From positions 51,523 to 115,522 of the forward strand of contig DAIQNR010000006.1 of the NCBI GenBank assembly GCA_036788295.1: a DNA stretch of 64,000 nucleotides, given 5' to 3'. Positions 63,997 to 64,000 of this stretch are shown piece after piece; the first letter of the stretch is position 1, and every line of letters starts with the position of its first letter. Under the pieces are notes generated by a model, which made no database searches, was not told the DNA's origin, and worked only from the letters and a program-made list of their open reading frames with translations. This stretch comes from Myxococcota bacterium. Lineage in GTDB: Bacteria > Myxococcota > Kuafuiibacteriia > Kuafuiibacteriales > Kuafuiibacteriaceae. The position numbers and the translations under genes were made by a program.

Positions 63997-64000
63997 GTCG

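Noticed and set aside
1-64000. CRISPR arrays, rRNA or tRNA genes
   Set aside because: No regularly spaced direct repeats with unique spacers were seen, and no tRNA- or rRNA-like stretches in the intergenic regions >100 bp examined by eye. A tRNAscan/Infernal run would be needed to exclude them formally.

Overview
This window is high-GC (about 70%) DNA that looks like a myxobacterial (Myxococcota) chromosome segment. The anchor is a clear mglB-mglA (roadblock + Ras-like GTPase) gliding-motility pair near the 5' end, divergent from a partial mutY.

About 50 genes are tightly packed on both strands, many translationally coupled through 4-nt ATGA/GTGA overlaps. Main blocks:
- Lipoprotein operons, including two tandem giant (1318 and 1514 aa) DUF4953-type metzincin lipoproteins.
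- A housekeeping stretch: rlmI-like methyltransferase, pcnB, speA, ybeY, a LOG-family protein and an alpha/beta hydrolase.
- A five-gene minus-strand signalling operon: two large uncharacterised helical/HEAT-like proteins, an HD-GYP-like protein with a degenerate motif, a Ser/Thr kinase and a calcineurin-like phosphoesterase.
- A Xus-like TonB receptor / PepSY-TM / lipoprotein siderophore-uptake locus, whose PepSY gene is frameshifted.
- DHOD-like + pyruvate:ferredoxin oxidoreductase.
- A eukaryote-like kidney-type glutaminase with C-terminal ankyrin repeats.
- An exopolysaccharide/O-antigen-type locus (GT4, GT32-like, GT1, GT2, RgpF-like, methyltransferase, Wzx flippase, Wzy_C/O-antigen ligase-like protein). 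A fasciclin gene is embedded in it between 193-bp direct repeats of the GT4 3' end and carries an in-frame stop in its signal peptide.
- A 3'-truncated group II intron remnant.
- Three tandem, coupled FG-GAP beta-propeller lipoproteins.

No rRNA, tRNA or CRISPR was recognised by eye. Start codons come from reading-frame logic and RBS inspection, so many are uncertain by one or a few candidate codons.
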